DNA of 64,000 nucleotides from Candidatus Levyibacteriota bacterium (GTDB lineage: Bacteria > Patescibacteriota > Microgenomatia > Levybacterales > UBA12049): contig DAIDHL010000003.1 in NCBI GenBank assembly GCA_027459745.1, positions 129,125 through 193,124 of the forward strand. Direction: 5' to 3'. Positions 60,424 through 64,000 of this stretch are shown in pieces. Position 1 is the stretch's first letter. The number at the start of each line of letters is the position of its first letter. The notes under the pieces were generated by a model. It ran no database searches. It was not told the DNA's origin and worked only from the letters and a program-made list of their open reading frames with translations. Made by a program: the position numbers and the translations under genes.

Positions 60424-61626
60424 CTATAACAAAACATTCATTATCTTCTTCAACTCTCTCACAAACCTATCCACTTCTTCTTTGGTGTTATAAAAATAAA
60501 ATGATACACGGACAGAACCTTTTAACTGATGGGCATTAAACCATGAATGTACACAGTGCTGACCTGAACGTACCATAATCCCCTGTTCACTCAGCATCAA
60601 GGCAATTTGATGCACATCAACTTTCTCAACATAAAAACTAACAATTCCCCCTCGTTGTTTGGCATCTTCCGGACCAAGAATTTTAACTTTAGGCAATTTC
60701 AACAGTTCTGTTGTTAAATATTCATTCAACTCTTCTTCTTGTTGGGCAATTTTTTCTAAACCAACTTTCTGTAAATATCTAACTGCCTCGGCCAAACCAA
60801 TAATTCCCGCATAATCTTGTAATCCAGCTTCAAATTTTTCAGGTACAGGCAAAAATTCATGTTCGGTGTAAGTTGATGAGGCAACTGTATCCCCGCCGAC
60901 TAGAAATGGTTGCAAGTTGTCTAATAATTTTTGTTTACCATATAAAATTCCTGTCCCTGATGGACCCAACATTTTGTGTCCAGAAAAAACTACAAAGTCT
61001 GCATCTAATTTTTGTACGTCAATTTTTTCATGTGGTGCAGATTGTGCCGCATCGATTGAAACTAAAGCCTGGTGCTGATGGGCAACGTTAATAATTTGCT
61101 CAATCGGATTAGTCACGCCATCTAAATTGGAGGTCTGCACAATGGAAACTAATTTAACTTTATTTTTCTTTAATAAAGTCTCAAAGGCTGCCAAATCAAA
61201 TGTATTGTCTGGCAAAGACTTAACAATTAAATGTTTTATACCTAATTTTTCGGCTAAAACTTGCCAAGGAATTAAATTGGAATTATGTTCTTTGTCTGAA
61301 GTGACAACTATGTCACCTGATTTAAAACCCAAACTATTGGCAATTAGATTAATACCTTCAGTCGTATTGCGTGTGAAGATAATTTCTTCCTTTTTTTTCG
61401 CATTTAAGAACTTGGCAATTGTTGCTCGTGCTGCATCTACCTCTTCAGTCACCCTCGCAGCTAATTTATGCATGCTTCTGCCGCCACAGGCGGGATAATC
61501 AGTGTAGTACTCTACGATTTTATCTATCACCGATTGAGAACGCAGACTTTGACAAGCTGAATCAAAATAGACAATTTTATTATCTCGCAACAGTGGAAAA
61601 TCCTGACGAATGTGTTGTAAATCCAT
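60424..61626 (-). CDS. sufS: Cysteine desulfurase, SufS class
   Basis: YFDSA, EHNSN, DAAQS, SGHKMLGP and RSGQHC. Confidence 0.9.
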   Translation of the reverse strand: MDLQHIRQDFPLLRDNKIVYFDSACQSLRSQSVIDKIVEYYTDYPACGGRSMHKLAARVTEEVDAARATIAKFLNAKKKEEIIFTRNTTEGINLIANSLGFKSGDIVVTSDKEHNSNLIPWQVLAEKLGIKHLIVKSLPDNTFDLAAFETLLKKNKVKLVSIVQTSNLDGVTNPIEQIINVAHQHQALVSIDAAQSAPHEKIDVQKLDADFVVFSGHKMLGPSGTGILYGKQKLLDNLQPFLVGGDTVASSTYTEHEFLPVPEKFEAGLQDYAGIIGLAEAVRYLQKVGLEKIAQQEEELNEYLTTELLKLPKVKILGPEDAKQRGGIVSFYVEKVDVHQIALMLSEQGIMVRSGQHCVHSWFNAHQLKGSVRVSFYFYNTKEEVDRFVRELKKIMNVLL

Positions 61627-61636
61627 AAAAATCTAT

Positions 61637-61704
61637 GATTCTGGCTTGACCAGAATCGAGAGAATTAAACCTAGATTCTGGAGTCACTACGCTCCCCAGA
61701 ATCA
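61637..61704. repeat. REP-like palindromes, family B
   Basis: gattctggcttgaccagaatc and gattctggagtcactacgctccccagaatc. Confidence 0.7.
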
Positions 61705-61932
61705 TATTGTTTATCTCCCAAAGTATAAATCAAAACAAGCCTCATCAGGTGTGACCCAAGTCACAAGAAAATAATGCGGCGTAAAGTGAGAAGCGTTAAG
61801 AGTAAGTAATAAAATATTAGATCTATGATTTAAGATTAAAGATTTAAGAAACCCCGTAGAAGAAATCTTCTTAATTCCTATATCATAAATCTATAATCAT
61901 CTCTTCCTACTTAACACTTTACCCTCTAAAAC

Positions 61933-63297
61933 TTAGAATTTAGAATTTAATCTCTCTACATCTCTCCACCCAATATCTGTACGGAAATGTAGATTATTAC
62001 CTTCTATACTAATTAAGGACATGGCACTATATGCTTTATGTCTTGCTTCTATGACATTTCTCCCTTCACCAACAATATAAAATAACCTTCCACCATTGAC
62101 ATAATATTTTTTATCCTTAAATTTTACTCCCGCCCCATAAATTTTAACTCCCGGAATTTTCTTCGCCAAATGTAGACCAAAAATCTGTTTACCTTTTACA
62201 TCTGCATAATTATCTGGATAGCCTTTAGAAGCACCTGCTACTACTACTCTGGATTTTTTATTTATTTTTAATTTTAGTTTGGCTAATTTTCCCTCCACTA
62301 TCGCCATACTCACCTCAAATAAATCATTTCGCAAACCCGGCAGCATCACTTCTACTTCCGGATCACCCCAACGTGCATTAAATTCAATCACATAAGGCAC
62401 AGTTCTACCCTTATGCTTAATGATAATTCCACCCAGATATAAAACTCCTTTGTATGACCGATTTTCTTTGAACAAACCAGCAATTGTTTTTTGCACAATG
62501 TCTTTTTTTACTTGTGATAACAAACTGACATTTACTAATAACGGCGGTGTACTTGCACCCATGCCTCCAGTGTTCTCACCTTCATCAAAATCATTAACTC
62601 GTTTATGATCCTGTGCACTACCTAAAATTTGATAACTTTTGCCATCGGATAAAATAAATAAAGAAAATTCTTCGCCATTGCTGCCATCGTCATTTTGCAA
62701 CCATTCCTCCAATACATAAACTTGTCCTGCTTCCCCAAATTTTTCTAACTCTTTGATGCGCACTAATGCTTCTAAGTTATTTTTGGCTGGCAAAGCACCT
62801 TTACCTTCAGCCAACCCCGCGGCTTTAACAAACCAAGCGTTATCAATAGATTGCGATTTAAGAAATTTTTCTCCCTCTGCCACTGATTTACAAACTTTAA
62901 ATTTAGGCTGAGGCAATCCATATTTCTCACCAAAATTTCTGGCCCAAGCTTTGTCCCATTCAATTTGACCTGCTGCTTTACTCGGACCAACAACAGGAAT
63001 ATTGAGAGCTACTAATTTATCGACCAAACCAGCAGCTATGGCATTATCCTGAGCTACGTCGACCAAATCGACCTTCTCCACTTTGCATATTTCTACAATG
63101 TCTTCAATGCTGGTAGTTTTCAAATTTGGGTAAATTTTAACTGGTTTTTTAGAATTAAAACCCATCATATCATTGCCCGGTACAGCCAAAATCTTTTTAA
63201 CTTTTTTACTTTTGGCATATGCATCTACCAATGCACTCCCTCTGCCTCCAGCATCAATGACTAAAACTGTATTTAATTTTTTTCGCATAATTCTCAT
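61933..63297 (-). CDS. purD: Phosphoribosylamine-glycine ligase
   Basis: KAAGLAEGKG, QDHKRV, NTGGMG, EFNARWGDPE and GGR. Confidence 0.96.
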   Translation of the reverse strand: MRIMRKKLNTVLVIDAGGRGSALVDAYAKSKKVKKILAVPGNDMMGFNSKKPVKIYPNLKTTSIEDIVEICKVEKVDLVDVAQDNAIAAGLVDKLVALNIPVVGPSKAAGQIEWDKAWARNFGEKYGLPQPKFKVCKSVAEGEKFLKSQSIDNAWFVKAAGLAEGKGALPAKNNLEALVRIKELEKFGEAGQVYVLEEWLQNDDGSNGEEFSLFILSDGKSYQILGSAQDHKRVNDFDEGENTGGMGASTPPLLVNVSLLSQVKKDIVQKTIAGLFKENRSYKGVLYLGGIIIKHKGRTVPYVIEFNARWGDPEVEVMLPGLRNDLFEVSMAIVEGKLAKLKLKINKKSRVVVAGASKGYPDNYADVKGKQIFGLHLAKKIPGVKIYGAGVKFKDKKYYVNGGRLFYIVGEGRNVIEARHKAYSAMSLISIEGNNLHFRTDIGWRDVERLNSKF

Positions 63298-63303
63298 TTA
63301 TTT

Positions 63304-63370
63304 GTCATTCCAGCAAAAGCTGGAAACCAGAAAAAAATCCGCCTGGATCCCAGATCAAGTCTTGGATGAC
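63304..63370. repeat. REP-like palindrome (GTCATTCC...GGATGAC)
   Basis: gtcattccagcaaaagctggaaaccag...ctggatcccagatcaagtcttggatgac. Confidence 0.7.
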
Positions 63371-63376
63371 AGAATA

Positions 63377-64000
63377 TTATCCCTCCGGATAAGCTGCTAT
63401 CGCTTTCTTTTTGCATTCTCTTAACAATTCTTCTTCCTCTGGCCACACCAAACTACCTCTTTTGGCTTCTTCTTTCACTTTACCAGCGGCCACATCTTGC
63501 AATAAAGCAATTTGCACATGATGTTCATATGGCAAAACACGTGCCTGTAAACTGTCTATACTATCATCTCGTTTTATTTCAATTCGTTGAGATTTAACCA
63601 CTGCGCCTTGATCAAAATTTCTGTCCACTCGCTGAGCAATCGCCTCTGTCCACCAATCTCTATCAGTCTGTTGAACAAATTCCAACCTCGCTGCATGCAC
63701 TCTTCTACCATACATCCCCATACCCCCAAATTCGGGCACTGGGCCTGGATGCTGATTGAAAATAAATCCTGGATAAGCATCTATAACATTTTCCGGTGTC
63801 AAAGGTAGCCAGCCATTCTGGGTAACTACCGTGATATTACGGCCTTTTAGCTCTTCTAGTATTGCTTCTCCAAATCTAACACGATCAACTTTACCATTTG
63901 TTTTATACTCGTAAGGATTTATGACAACAATATTTTCTCGAGGAATTTCTAATTGTCTAGCTTTAACTATTCCACCCGCAGTAGGTGTACTGGAGATTAT
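63377..64000 (-). CDS. purN: Phosphoribosylglycinamide formyltransferase (5' end outside the window)
   Basis: Frame is open to 64000; NGW, NQHPG..PEFGG.GMYG..VH, DQG, LQARV..EH; adjacent to purD. Confidence 0.88.
   Translation of the reverse strand: MISSTPTAGGIVKARQLEIPRENIVVINPYEYKTNGKVDRVRFGEAILEELKGRNITVVTQNGWLPLTPENVIDAYPGFIFNQHPGPVPEFGGMGMYGRRVHAARLEFVQQTDRDWWTEAIAQRVDRNFDQGAVVKSQRIEIKRDDSIDSLQARVLPYEHHVQIALLQDVAAGKVKEEAKRGSLVWPEEEELLRECKKKAIAAYPEG

Noticed and set aside
1-64000. Alternative genetic code (UGA=Gly), prophage, IS or DGR
   Set aside because: Conserved genes are full length in code 11 and some end in TGA; no phage, transposase, integrase or reverse transcriptase genes were seen.

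Overview
AT-rich bacterial chromosomal segment in genetic code 11. Gene content and style (many orphan ORFs, split transketolase, rpsF-ssb-rpsR, DipZ, REP-like intergenic palindromes, scarce Shine-Dalgarno sites) suggest a Patescibacteria/CPR genome, probably Microgenomates; this assignment is an inference. In order, the window holds: a cellulose-synthase-like GT2/GH8 locus, envelope and housekeeping genes (htrA, ctpA, rpsF-ssb-rpsR, ychF), a convergent pair of FabH-like condensing enzymes, a long accessory tract of small detox/ligand-binding genes, a complete cyoABCDE quinol oxidase operon, a sugar/redox locus (glycerate kinase, tkt N/C, FAD oxidoreductase, PfkB-DUF2090, NDH-2), then sufS and purD/purN. 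I found no rRNA, tRNA, CRISPR array, integrase or transposase. Best leads: (1) an unnamed ~105-bp structured element in 4 full copies plus 1 partial, occupying five consecutive intergenic spaces of the sugar/redox locus, all in one orientation and with compensatory changes; (2) a bo3-type oxidase in which both signature K-channel residues (E. coli CyoB K362 and CyoA E89) are Gln; (3) paired FabH enzymes; (4) widespread apparent leaderless genes, including a tipA with a separate internal SD-led start; (5) an orphan with RecB/Cas4-like PD-(D/E)XK motifs. All calls were made by eye; no database searches were run.
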